A DNA stretch of 64,000 bases from positions 2,046,001-2,110,000 of the forward strand of contig BQFW01000007.1 in assembly GCA_020891255.1 (NCBI GenBank). The letters run 5' to 3'. The notes beneath the pieces were generated by a model, which was not told where the DNA came from, made no database searches, and was given only the letters and a program-made list of their open reading frames with translations. Below, in pieces: positions 1-11,225 of this stretch. The position numbers were made by a program, and so were the translations under genes. This DNA comes from Entomortierella parvispora E1425. Taxonomy: Eukaryota > Fungi > Mortierellomycota. Positions within the stretch are counted from its first letter, which is position 1; every line of letters begins with the position of its first letter.

Positions 1-701
1 GCTTCAAACGCACTACGTCAAAGGATACAAGAGCCACCCTGAAGATCGATTCTACCAAGTGATGCAACCGTTCATCGAAACGGCCGAACGGTCCTTCCAG
101 CTGGCCGAGAAGGCCATGATCGACATGGAATGTCTCTACAAAGATTGCGTCAAATTCTATGGCGAGGACTCATCAGTGATGAAACCGGACGAGTTCTTTG
201 GCATCTTCAAGACGTTCTCGACCTCGTTCGAAAAGGCCCGTGACGACAACAAGAAACAAAAGGAGAAGGAGTTCTTGCGCGAGAAGGCAAAGACGGCTGC
301 CAAGGCTCGACAGGAACAAATGGCCGCCAAGAAGAACCGAATCCACGTGAAGGGCGAAGGTAAAACGTCATGCCAATGTTGTCCACCTTCTTCCTCCACT
401 TTCGTCTCTCTCTCTTTAATGAAGTCTAGAATACGAAACTCACTTTTCCTCTTTTCCTCTGAATTATTTTCATCCATTAGGCTCCCACGGTTCCGAAGGC
501 GGCGGCGATGATAAGGGTATGATGGACAGTCTGCTCGAGACACTCCGGAATGGTGGCGATAACGAAGCTTCTCGAAGGGATCGGAGGCGTGCCAAGAACC
601 GAGATATGAACTCTACACCAGCCATAGCCGCCATCAAGGCCCAAGATCTACTGACATCTCTACGAGAGGATAGCACACACATCACACTATTGCACGAATA
701 G
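1..701 (+). CDS. Formin (Bni1/SepA/Diaphanous type), 3' part: end of FH2 domain plus DAD; 5'-truncated by the window edge
   Basis: Frame from position 2 reads ...DRFYQVMQPF...MECLYKDCVKFYGEDSSVMKPDEFFGIFKTFSTSFEKA, which matches the FH2 C-terminus. A GT-AG intron at 360..480 joins it in frame to GMMDSLLETLRNG...RRDRRR, a DAD (MDxLLExL plus basic patch). Stop at 699..701. Confidence 0.92.
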
Positions 702-960
702 ACATGATCTTCAGAGCGGAGCAAGGAGCCGTTTTGGTGACACTGAATGATGCGAACTACAAATAATGCCTCCGCAAAATAATAAAGCTGACATGCAAAG
801 CTTTGCTTTTGAGTGAGTCCCTATCATTCATTAAGATAAAAGTACAATTTGGTGGTTCAACAAAACTAGATGTGGCAAGAGCAAGGGATGAGAGAATGTA
901 GAAAGAAAGAGAAGTAAAACAAGAGCAGACGGGCGAGAGAAAAAAAAAAGAAAAAAAGTT

Positions 961-3541
961 CTACAGGGATATAGGAGAACCATCATCTGTTTTCGAATGT
1001 GACTCTTCCGCGGGCTTTGTGGTGGCTGGCGTCGATGATCCCCTCTTGCCACTTTCCCATGCTTTGCGTTCCCGCGAGAGAGTATCCTCAAGTTCCTGGA
1101 CCTGCTTCAAATAGTTCTCATTTCGGTTTGTCAACATGACCATGGTTTGATCGTATTTGCTCAAGATCTCGTGTTGACCATCTAGCGTCTCCCGCAAGGT
1201 CTGTACATCCGACTCGAGCTGCTCAATCTTGGCGCTGTCCTCTTGCCTCTGCTTAAGTCGTTCCAGTAACTCCTTCTTTTCTTCCGAGATCATGTCTCCA
1301 GCTAATGAATAGAAAGATAGCAGTTAGAAACTATGCCATAATGATCGAAAAAAAAGGGAAATAAAAAATAGAAGTGATGGCCTACCTTCTTGCTCTCGTA
1401 CAACCGCAATGTAACCGGTCAAGAGAGTATTCATCTGCTCCATATCCTCGAGCAATTTTTGGATACCCTGTTCTGCCTCCTCGGCCTTCTCCTTGTACCT
1501 GTCTCTATCTGCTTTGATCAGATCAATGTCTCCTTGCATACCAAGTCGCGTGCTTGCTTGGGTCCTCTGTGCCTGCATCAGACTGGCAGTACATTCCTCC
1601 ACAGTCTTTCTCATTTCCTGTTCATGCAGGGCTAGGATCTTTGCTAGTTCAGCCTCAGCCGATCGCTCAACCATCGCCTTTTCTTCCACCAACCGGTCAA
1701 TCTTTGACTGAAAGACCTTCTCAAACGTGCTCCTGGCAGAGTTCAGCTGTCTTAGTGCGTTGTCACGGCCCTCCAATTGATGTTCCCGCTCAACCTTGAT
1801 CTTCTCAAGTGCTGTCACCTCCTTCTTCAAAGCAACAAGTTCCATCTCGAGAGAATCTGCTCTTGATTGCTGCTCCTGTGCTTTGGTGCGATAGTCGACC
1901 AATTCCTTAGATTTGCTCTCCAGGGTCGCCGTTCGCCTGACCAAGTCGCGCTCCAATCGCTCCACTTTCTCCTCGAGATGGGTTTTGGCTTCGGTGGCCC
2001 GATGCAGATCCTCTGTCAACTTCTTGTGCCTTTCTGCCATCTGTTCTCGAGAAGTTCGAAGCGTCTTGGCCTCGTCTTCCATCGCAAGGATCGTTTCGTT
2101 CAAGGATGCCGCTCTACTGAGAGTCGACTGGATATCATGACGGATCTTTTCCTCATCTTCTGCCGCCTGATTAGCGCCGTCGGTCTGGTGCTGCATGGAA
2201 GACAGCAGACTGTTGTGTTGCTTATTTAGTTGTTTCAAGGCCTGTTCCAACTTCAAGTTTTCAGCCCATAGTCTCTCAACCTCAGTGTTCAGTTGCAGAA
2301 GTTTTGGATCCGAAGACTGAGGGAGAGGAGTAATTGACAGCCGCTTGGAAGACGGAATGGGAGACGGGCCCACGCTGAGACGATCCGTCTTTGTATTCTG
2401 GCTCGCCCTTTTGCCATCCTCCAGAGTGGAGTCGGTTGACGGAGTTAAATCCCGGAGTCGTTCCCGAGTCTTCATCAACAGTCGCTTGCTCTCCTCTTTT
2501 GATTCCTCCATTTCGTTGCGGAGTAATTTCTCAGCACGCTGGAGCGCCCTGACTTCGTCCTGTAGCTGTTCTATGGTTCGCTGCTGCTTCTCCACCACAG
2601 GGTCGTTTTCGCGCGCATCCGCATTTCGTAGTTGTTGCAATGAAACCTCGGATAGCTTGAATTCCATCTTGGCCAACGTTTCCTTCAAGTACTCTGATTC
2701 GCTCTGTCTCTCCTGCGCCAAGGTTTCTGCACTCTCGATTCGCAGTGATAGAGCTTGGGCCTCCTGCTTGGCTTTCCGTGTCAGCTCGTTCATCTCTTTC
2801 TCGGATCGACCAAGGGCGGCTTGCAGTTCGTTCACTTTGTTCTCGTAGCCCGACAGTTGCACCTCGCGCGTAGAGATGCCCTCCTGGAGCTCCAAAAGTC
2901 GGCCCAAATCTTCATTGCGCTCCTCCTTGAGTTTTTTCAGTTGAGTCTTTGTTTCCAGCAGGCCCTCGTTTTCCTTCCGGACCTCGGCTAGGGTCTCCTT
3001 TACAACCTTGAGTTCCTCTGTCAGTTTCTTGATCATGACCACATCTCTGGCCAGGGAGTGATGTTTGGATACGTTGTAGGACTCTTGGACTTTTTCCAGA
3101 TCCTTCTGTGTCTTTGAAAGATCCTTCTTCTGGTCGTCGATTTTCTTCTCCAGGTCCTGATTCCTTTGTGTCATCTCTTCTAGCTCTTTGATTTTCCTGT
3201 CCTTGCTCGTCAGTACAGAGCGTCTGCCCTTCTCACTCCGGTCTAATTCCTTGTTCAAGTTGTCGACCTGGACTTTATATTCCTCCACACTGGTCTTCAG
3301 GGATCCAAGCTGACTTTGCTGCAATTTCTGAGCAGCCTGATGACTGGTCTCACGGCTGTCCATTGTCGCCTTTAAGGAATCAATCTCCTCCTTCAGTTTG
3401 GCGTTCTTGTCCTGTTCCTGCTTGTACGCCGCCTGTATCGATTCCGTATCCAGCTTTTGACCAGATCCTTTTGTTTCCGCTTCAAGGCCGCCACTCCAGT
3501 GTTTTTTCAAATCGTCTTGAAGCTGAATTAAAAATCCATTC

Positions 3542-3574
<33 letters not shown>

Positions 3575-4550
3575 GCAGGGTAGAGTCAGAGACAAGAAGA
3601 CAAGGCAACGATGTAAAGTTAGTCATTGCTGAATCTCAATGCCTGGTTTCTTGCATTGCATATAGCACATAATATAAAAACAGTGCTATACCTTTGTATT
3701 CATCGCCTCTATTTCCTGGAATTTCTGCTCTTTTTTGCTCATGGCCTCAATCACCGCCCGTAACCGGCCTTCCACGCTTGAGTCGCCATTCTCTGGAGGA
3801 TCGACAAAATACAATGAGGATTCTAAGAATCGGATGATGCCCTCGAATCTTTGGAAGCGTAGTACGTTCTCATAATGTTCATGCTCTGTCACAGTTCTGG
3901 CTAAAGAAGGATGTCCGAGATCAAGCAGAAGGGGTCAATATGATTGCAACCTGGATGAGACTGTGAGGTAAGCTTCTCTAGGCACATTCAAGTAGTTACC
4001 TGGCCTCCGACCGCTCTCCAGCATTTGCTCCAAATGTAAAATCTGAGCATCATAGCTGGCAATTCTCTGCTCAAGATTGTGATTGTTCTAATGTGATTGA
4101 CAAAGAAAGGCGATGGGATCCAGATAATGTCAGAAATCGTTGGTACATCGGTCTATGACGTTATCATTTGTCTCCATCTCACACAGAAAAAGAATCCATG
4201 GGTCAGTTCAAGCATTACCTGCAAAAGCTGCTGGTTGTGGTCGATAATTTGACCCGTCTATGACCGATTGCAAGCCGGAAATAAATGAAAAAAAAAAAAA
4301 ATCAGATATAACGAAGGAGACCCATACATCTGCCGAAAGATGTGGATGGAATCCTATTCCTCTACCTTTTTCTCCGCGTCGACTAGCCTGCGCTTATAGT
4401 CCTTGTATTTTATCCCTGTGGCAGAAAAGAAGGAGTCAGCCGCATGCATTATTCGCGCGAATTGCTTCTGCATGAGACCGCATGTAATTTACGTAATAGT
4501 TCTTCTTCCTTGCGACCTCCTATCCTGCTCCCGTCACTGGAGACACTCAT
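961..4550 (-). CDS. Uncharacterised long coiled-coil protein (roughly 950-1000 aa, about 7 exons)
   Basis: ATG at 4550 (MSVSSDG...). Short phase-compatible exons at about 4493-4550, 4368-4415, 4220-4258, 3997-4090 and 3689-3901, then the large ORF 3510..1386 and the last exon 961..~1302. Heptad-rich E/K/Q/L composition throughout; no recognisable globular domain. Confidence 0.75.
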
Positions 4551-4705
4551 GATGACCGTAGATCCTGGTAAATGTGGGGTATGGTTGCTGAAAGCGAGTG
4601 CAGATTTGGGGATGCTTGCAGCGCATTCTTGTGCAGAACGCGATGGTCACACCCTTAATAATGAATGGCCCACATTTATTGAATTTACAGGAACGGCATT
4701 TTGCT

Positions 4706-7239
4706 CTACGACTTTCTTTGTCCAGATCGGATGGTCAGGATCTCCCTGTCCAGTTCGTCAAGACTTTGTTGGAGAGACTTCACGTCGTCAAATTTGCGCT
4801 TCCTACTGGCCTCTTCTATATAGGACTCGACCAGCCGACGTTGATCCTCCATCACAGCCAACTGAGCTAGATTCTGGATCTCAGTCTCATTATCCTGTAA
4901 AGATCCAAGTGAGGGCGATGAGATCGAAGGCGCTGGGGAAGATGAAGACGATGACGACACACCACCAGGTTTCTGACTATCCTTGCCTCCAAACACTTTG
5001 GGAATCACGGAGAGCGGAAACATATTTGTCTGCAGATACTGAGTGGCCCACCAATACAGATTTGTGTGTAGTTGCTTCTGGTGTTGAGAGTGGGCCGGCA
5101 ATTTTGCGATTTTCTTGCTGATGGAATCAAAAAGCGCAAAATCATCCAAAAGTTCTTTTCGAGTCCTTGCAGCCAGTTGATAATCCGGATGTTGTTGACT
5201 CATGTCGCTTTTTTGCCTATAGGTTTTTTTTTTAAAAAATGCAGATGTTAGAAAATAGGCCTCTCGCGGAATCTCGGAAATGTTCCTAGAGTTCAGCAAT
5301 ACCCTATAGTAGCCAGCATCTCTTGGAAACGTGGCAGCGCCACGTCTATCCTGGCCTTGAGTCTCATAAGAGACCCGTAGTATTTCAAAATTGCATTTGG
5401 TCTCTTCTGGTCCGCTGCGTGTTCTCGTCTTTTGAACACAGTGTGTATGCACTCTATGCAAGCCCTCGTTTGCCCAACCGGGTCCGAGCCATCCGGATCT
5501 AAAGAAGCAAGTGGCCGTCGAGAAAACATGAGTGGTGATTCCATGCGCCGAGATCGTGCGGTACTTGATGTTTGTCAAAAGTAATTACTTACAGGTAGAC
5601 ATGCTTAGATATAATGGGGTCTTTTTGGAGCAATTATCACAAACCACCCGCCCGCAAAGTCTGCAGTGGTGTTTACGATTCCCATATCGATTGAAAACAG
5701 ACCTAATGACAAGATCAAAGCCTTCGTTAGTCTTGGAACTTCTGAACAGGTATCAGCATGATGGATTGAAAGAGTGCGACTTACATGCAGATATAACATC
5801 CAATGACCGTAGAGTCATCCTCCCATCTTACTATAGACTGTTCTGAAACTATTTAAAGAGTATACTGTTTAGTATATTGCCGAAATAAATAGGAAAATCA
5901 TATTGAAAACGAAAAGGGCGTAGACAAGAGGATTTCCACTATTACCTTTTAACAACTGGCCCTTGGAAGTGACAGAACGAAACAAACCTTTGGCTCGAAT
6001 CGAGGAGGAGCCGGAAGAGACGGGCAAGAAAGTGGGGTTGGAGGAGGAGGTAGCTGTCGACGGTGATACCCCAGGATCCAGCTGCTGATGTATCTGGGCG
6101 AGTTTTTCGATTCTTTTCTCCAGTCTGTTCACTTCCAGATGTTTCTTTTCTGCACTTTTCACACGAATACTGGTAAAATCTGCTGTCAAATTACGCATGG
6201 TGCCTGGAGTATCAAACAGTTAGTGGCGATGCTACCAACACTTTGCAAGTGCATATTAAAACTACCCGAAGACATACCTCCGGCATGCAGAATATCTTCC
6301 GCATTCTTGGCTCTAACGAAACAGCCTTCACACACCCTACACCACAAGCCATTTGAGTCGTGCTTTGCTTGCGCATTGAGCTTGATTTGAAAAGAAGAGT
6401 GAGAGTCGCAAAAGACGTTTCCGCAACTAGAGTGTCAATCATAAACAACGAAAAGTTAGATGTTAAAGTCGTTGTTTGCTAATGGCGCCCAAGTCATCTA
6501 TAGCCATCAAATTACTGGTTAAGGGGGACCAGGTAAAGTCTACAGGGCAGTGTTCATACCTGCGGCAATGTTGGCGACCATGACGAATTCCCAAGCCCTT
6601 CTCACATCCAGGTTGAAAGCAGACATCCCTGTCGGTTTCCCTCACCCAGTGACGTTTAGTAACCACGGTATCTGCTCGTGGATCAGTCCAGCCCTGGAAG
6701 CCGCCTGGGGGTGGCGGTCCTGCTAAACTGTTCCCTGGTCCTGCAGAGTCCAGATCCAAATCCTGAATCTTCCTGAAGAGTTCCGATGAATTGGCGGGTA
6801 TATTTTTGAGAGTGGTTGCTGCAGTTTTGGTGATAGGAGTAAAGACTTTTTGGGCGTTTCTAAAAAAAGAGCTAACGGCAGATTTGACATCCTCCGGCTC
6901 TTCTGGATGAATGGTGTCTAGATGCTGATTCAGCTGAGCCAGATTGCGCAAGCTGATGTTACAAATGGGACAGGCCACAGCTGGCATGGAGCCAGGTACG
7001 CTTCCATTATTGAGTCCTGTTCCTCTGCCATTGATGGTGGGGACTGGCCTGGATTGGGGCGACTTTGGAGGCGGAGATGGCCGCCCATCGCTTGTAGACC
7101 CTGGTGGGATGAGAGTCGCTTGAGATGTTGCTGTTCCTGGAGGAGGCCCAAACTGACGACGGCGGCCGATGGTCTGTGCCTGTGGGCGAGGTGGCTGTTG
7201 GGGCGAAGGGACGCTGGTGGCGGCTGCATTCGTCGCCAT
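4706..7239 (-). CDS. PEP7: Vacuolar segregation protein Pep7/Vac1 (rabenosyn-5 family): C2H2 finger, two FYVE-type fingers, C-terminal Rab-binding helix
   Basis: C2H2 finger CPICNISLRNLAQLNQHLDTIH. FYVE1 RHWVRE...RQHCR|SCGNVFCDSHS...WCRVCEGC across intron ~6430..6559. FYVE2 WEDDS...C...RKHHCRLCGRVVCDNCS. C-terminal EDQRRLVESYIEEASRKRKFDDVKSLQQSLDEL matches the Rbsn-type motif. Confidence 0.93.
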
Positions 7240-7390
7240 GAACAATCACACAAAAAAACAATGCCCGAGAAATGATGCAGTGAGATGGTCAAGTGAGGGA
7301 GTCTTTTCTTTTCTCGAGGAAGCAGTTGCAGTTTGGTTTTTGCTGCATGATGCATGCATGCATCGCCGCGCGCCGCCCGTGACCTTCAGA

Positions 7391-7397
7391 TCACGTG
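7391..7397. promoter_or_regulatory. TCACGTG E-box (Cbf1-type) in the divergent PEP7/MET6 intergenic region
   Basis: Exact TCACGTG at 7391-7397. In yeast this is the Cbf1 site of MET gene promoters; function here is inferred. Confidence 0.35.
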
Positions 7398-7469
7398 CTA
7401 GTAGTATACTACGTACGATATATATTTATCAGATTGTACGTGATTTGTAGAAGACCTGCTGAAGTGTCT

Positions 7470-7476
7470 TGACTCA
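7470..7476. promoter_or_regulatory. TGACTCA (Gcn4/CpcA-type AP-1 site) upstream of MET6
   Basis: Exact TGACTCA at 7470-7476, upstream of an amino-acid biosynthesis gene. Confidence 0.4.
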
Positions 7477-7991
7477 CGACACAAGGTGCAGGTTGCAGAC
7501 CTGAATGATCCTCGTTTCTTCCATATTTCTCACTTGGATCATGATTGACTGATACCGTTCATTCGTCCAGGTATGGGCCATGTTCCTTCCAACAATCAGA
7601 TAAAGGCAGGAAACGTGTGTGTGTTTCGGCGACCTTGCCTTTAAAGGTGGCAACATCCAACAGCATTCCAATCGTGCGGCACAGCAGGGGCTAAAATTCA
7701 TGTCTGAACTGCATGCATGCTGATCTGTCACTCGCAAGTCAAAGTGGAAGGGGTATCCAACTTCCAACAACGCGCGATGAAAGAGAGGGGCAGAAGGGAA
7801 AAAAAGAGAGATTCGAGTCCCGAGTCAGAGCAAAAAAAAAGGGGAGGATATCCAACCCACACAGCTGTGAATGGTGCGATCTCTGGCGTGGTCATCGAGG
7901 CGGCCTCCTATTGGCGCCGCTGTCCAATCTCAACCTTGACAGCAGGGTGCTCTCACACCATGGCAGTTCTCTTTAGGCTGGCATCTGATCC

Positions 7992-8061
7992 AGCCAATGA
8001 GCAGTGTTTGCCGTGACTGGCACGAGTCTACGACTCACTCAGATCGTCAAAGGTATAAAAG
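7992..8061 (+). promoter_or_regulatory. MET6 core promoter: CCAAT box and TATA box
   Basis: AGCCAATGA at 7992-8000 and TATAAAAG at 8054-8061, followed by a CT-rich leader and the ATG at 8205. Confidence 0.6.
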
Positions 8062-8204
8062 GGATGGCCTCGCGACCACCCTTTCACTTTTTTCTTCGCA
8101 GCTCTCCATAGCATCAAACCCGAAAAAGATCTCTGTTAACAGTTCTTTTCCATAAAGACCAAACACTTCTCCCCTCCCTACACATACCACACCTCACATC
8201 CACA

Positions 8205-10792
8205 ATGGTTCAAGCTACAAACTTGGGTTTCCCCAGAATCGTACGTAGACTATGACCCTGCCTGGTCCTGAGAGGAATTGTGCCTGGGATTGTTCTGTCT
8301 CCCTGTCGTCTACGCTTCTGTGTGGCCGACCAGAGAGCAGACGATCGCCCAACTTTATTTCTCTGACCTCTAACCTTTCTCTCTCTTTCTCTCAATAGGG
8401 TGCTCAACGCGAGACCAAGAAGCAAGTCGAGAACTTCTGGGCCGGCAAGATCTCCGAGCAAGCCCTCGATGAGGCCGCCGTCAAGCTCCGTGCCGAGAAC
8501 TGGAAGCTCCAACAGGCCCAGGGTCTCTCCCAGATCCCCTCTGGCGATTTCTCCTTCTACGATCACGTCCTCGACCATTCCGTCATGTTCAACGTTATTC
8601 CCCAGCGTTTCCGTCACCTTGCTATCGGCCACGAGCGTAACTTTGCCATCGGCCGTGGTATCCAGAAGCCCGCCACCGAGACCCAGCCCAAAGTCGATAT
8701 CGAGGCCCAGGAGATGAAGAAGTGGTTCGACACCAACTACCATTACATGTAAGTCTCGTCGTTCTCACGCTGTTGCACTTTCACCTTCGGTATACCATTT
8801 TGGGCTCTTGCTAATCGCGCCTTTTTTTCCTTCTCTTTTGTTCACTTTCTTTCTCGCAGTGTCCCCGAGTTCGAGACCAACCAGTCCTTCCACCTCGGTG
8901 CCCAGATCAAGACCCTCGATGAGTTCAACGAGGCCAAGGCCCTCGGCATCCACACCCGCCCCGTTGTCCTCGGACCCCTCTCCTTCCTCTTGCTCGGCAA
9001 GACTGCCAAGAACTCCCACGGCTTGGACCTCATCTCCCTCCTTCCTTCTCTTTTGCCCGTCTACGAGGAGCTTTTCAGCAAGCTCGCCGAGGCTGGCGCT
9101 GACTGGATTCAGGTCGATGAGCCCTGCTTAGTCCTCGATACCACCCCTGCCGTCATTGCCCATTACCACTCTGCCTACACCCGCTTGGCTGCCGTCTCTC
9201 CCAAGCTCAAGATCTTGATCGCCACCTACTTCGGTCGCATCGGAAACAACGTCTCCTTCATTAAGGATGTCCCTGTTGCCGGTCTTCACATCGATCTCGT
9301 TCGTGCTCCTGAGCAGCTCGAGCACGTTATTGCCAACCTCTCCCAGACCCAGGTCCTCTCCCTCGGTTTGGTCGACGGTCGCAACATCTGGAAGACCAAC
9401 TTGGACAACGCCCTCAAGATCGGACAGGCTGCCGTCAAGGCTCTCGGCTCGGATCGCGTCTTTGTCGCCCCCTCATGCTCATTGCTCCACACTCCTGTCA
9501 CCCTCCGCTTCGAGAAGCGCCTTGCTACCAAGCACGCCGAGCTCTTTGACTGGCTTGCCTACTCTGAGGAGAAGTGCAAGGAGGTCCACGTCCTCACTCA
9601 GGCCTTGAACAACGGTGCCGAGTCTGTCCAGGCTGAGCTCGATGCCAACAAGCGCTCCATTGATGCCCGTCGCACTTCCTCCCACACCACCAACAGCGCC
9701 GTCCGTCAGCGTCTCGAGGCTATTGTCCCTGACCAGCTCCGTCGCCGCAGCGCTTTCCCCTCCCGCCAGGCTGACCAGCACGCCGCCTTGCCCTTGCCTG
9801 CCTTCCCCACCACCACCATCGGCTCCTTCCCCCAGACCAAGGAGATTCGTCTTGCTCGCTCCAAGTTCACCAAGGGTGAGATCAACGAGGCTGAGTACAA
9901 CGACTTCATCAAGAAGGAGATTGCTTTCTGTGTCAAGGCCCAGGAGGACCTTGACCTCGATGTCCTCGTCCACGGTGAGGCTGAGCGTAACGACATGGTT
10001 GCCTACTTTGGTGAGCGCCTTGAGGGTTACATCTTCTCCGAGAACGGCTGGATTGCCTCGTACGGTTCCCGTTGCGTCCGTCCCCCAATTATTTTCGGCG
10101 ATGTTCATCGTGTCAACCCCATGACCATCACCGAGACCGTTTACGCCCAGTCTTTGACCTCCAAGCCCATGAAGGGTATGTTGACTGGTCCCGTCACCTG
10201 CTTGCAGTGGTCCTTTGTCCGTGATGACATTCCCCGCTCTGTCGTCTGCACTCAGCTCGCTCTTGCCATCCGTGATGAGGTCGTTGATCTCGAGAAGGCT
10301 GGTATTGTCCACATCCAGGTCGATGAGCCCGCTATCCGTGAGGGTCTTCCCCTCCGCTCCGTCGACTTTGACTACTACCTCCAGTGGGCCGTCGATGCTT
10401 TCTTGCTCTCGACCACCGGCGTCAAGGACACCACCGTCATCCACACCCACATGTGCTACAGTGACTTCCAGGATATTTTCCAGGCCATTGTTCGCATGGA
10501 TGCCGATGTCCTGACCATTGAGAACTCCAAGAGCGACATGAGGATCCTCAGCGCCTTTGAAAAACACGGCTACAACGCCGGTATTGGCCCAGGTGTCTTT
10601 GATATTCACTCGCCCCGTGTTCCCTCTATCCAGGAGATGAAGGAGCGCGCTGATGCCATGTTGCAGTACATCCCCGCTCGCAACCTCTGGATCAACCCCG
10701 ACTGCGGTCTCAAGACCCGTGGCTGGAAGGAGGTCAACGAGTCGTTGACTAACCTGGTGGCTGTGGCCAAGGCACTCCGTGCCTCGGCTTAA
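8205..10792 (+). CDS. MET6: Cobalamin-independent methionine synthase (5-methyltetrahydropteroyltriglutamate-homocysteine methyltransferase)
   Basis: Exons 8205-8240 (MVQATNLGFPRI), 8399-8748 (...MKKWFDTNYHY) and 8860-10792, about 773 aa. Motifs TTTIGSFPQT, VHGEAERNDMV, HTHMCYS and LWINPDCGLKTR (Zn ligands). Strong C-ending codon bias suggests high expression. Confidence 0.98.
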
Positions 10793-10816
10793 GCGTTTAC
10801 ACACCAACGTTGTGCC

Positions 10817-10842
10817 GACCATCTCGGGCGACCGAGATGGTT
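10817..10842 (+). other. Perfect stem-loop with GCGA (GNRA) tetraloop in the MET6 3' UTR
   Basis: ACCATCTCGG (10818-10827), loop GCGA (10828-10831), CCGAGATGGT (10832-10841): 10 Watson-Crick pairs plus a G-U closing pair. Confidence 0.7.
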
Positions 10843-11195
10843 CAAGGGCCAATGCGTTTCTTTTCAACAAACGAACGATATGGTAAAAGTAGAGTGCCTC
10901 AACGGCATTCACCCCTGGGATCTCTTAACAGATCCCGCCTCTTCCTTTTTTACTATTATTCTTTCCTCTCTTCCCTTTTCTTTGTTTTCTCTGACTTTCT
11001 TGTTATGTCGCGCCCATGCTCACTAACCTGAAAGTTTCTTCAACAGAAGCCGGTTTCGCTTATGAAACTTTTTCCAAAGCTCGATGAAAAAGCAAAAAGA
11101 AAAAAAAAGTGTTTGTTTGTTTGGTGTGTCAATCAATCACCCCATCGCTTCTCTCTTTCTTCCCCCCCCAGCTATTTTTTTTTGTCAGTGTGACA

Positions 11196-11225
11196 AGTCC
11201 AGGTCCAGGTCCAGGTCCAGGTCCA
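11196..11225. repeat. Hexanucleotide microsatellite (GGTCCA)4 preceded by AGTCCA
   Basis: Read directly from the sequence. Confidence 0.9.

Noticed and set aside
3543-3572. 30-nt poly(A) run (and similar runs at ~13670, 29466 and 47336) as possible retroposon tails
   Set aside because: Most are intronic poly-U tracts of - strand genes or intergenic homopolymers. No target-site duplications or element bodies are visible.
7349-7364. 16-bp palindrome GATGCATGCATGCATC near the PEP7 start
   Set aside because: It is simply an (ATGC)n microsatellite, which is self-complementary by construction.
8268-8273. CTGAGA in MET6 intron 1, resembling the TPP riboswitch core
   Set aside because: The other TPP aptamer elements (ACCUGAU, GGAUAAUGCC-AGCG) are absent, and MET6 is not a thiamine gene.
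9479-10912. 477-aa antisense ORF (and 8210-8743) opposite MET6
   Set aside because: This is an expected shadow of extreme codon bias. C-ending codons and avoidance of TTA/CTA/TCA remove antisense stops. The translation has no protein-like motifs.
10790-10992. Possible stop-codon read-through extension of MET6 with a hydrophobic tail
   Set aside because: The TAA-G context is not leaky and no PTS1 results. The hydrophobicity merely reflects the T-rich UTR.
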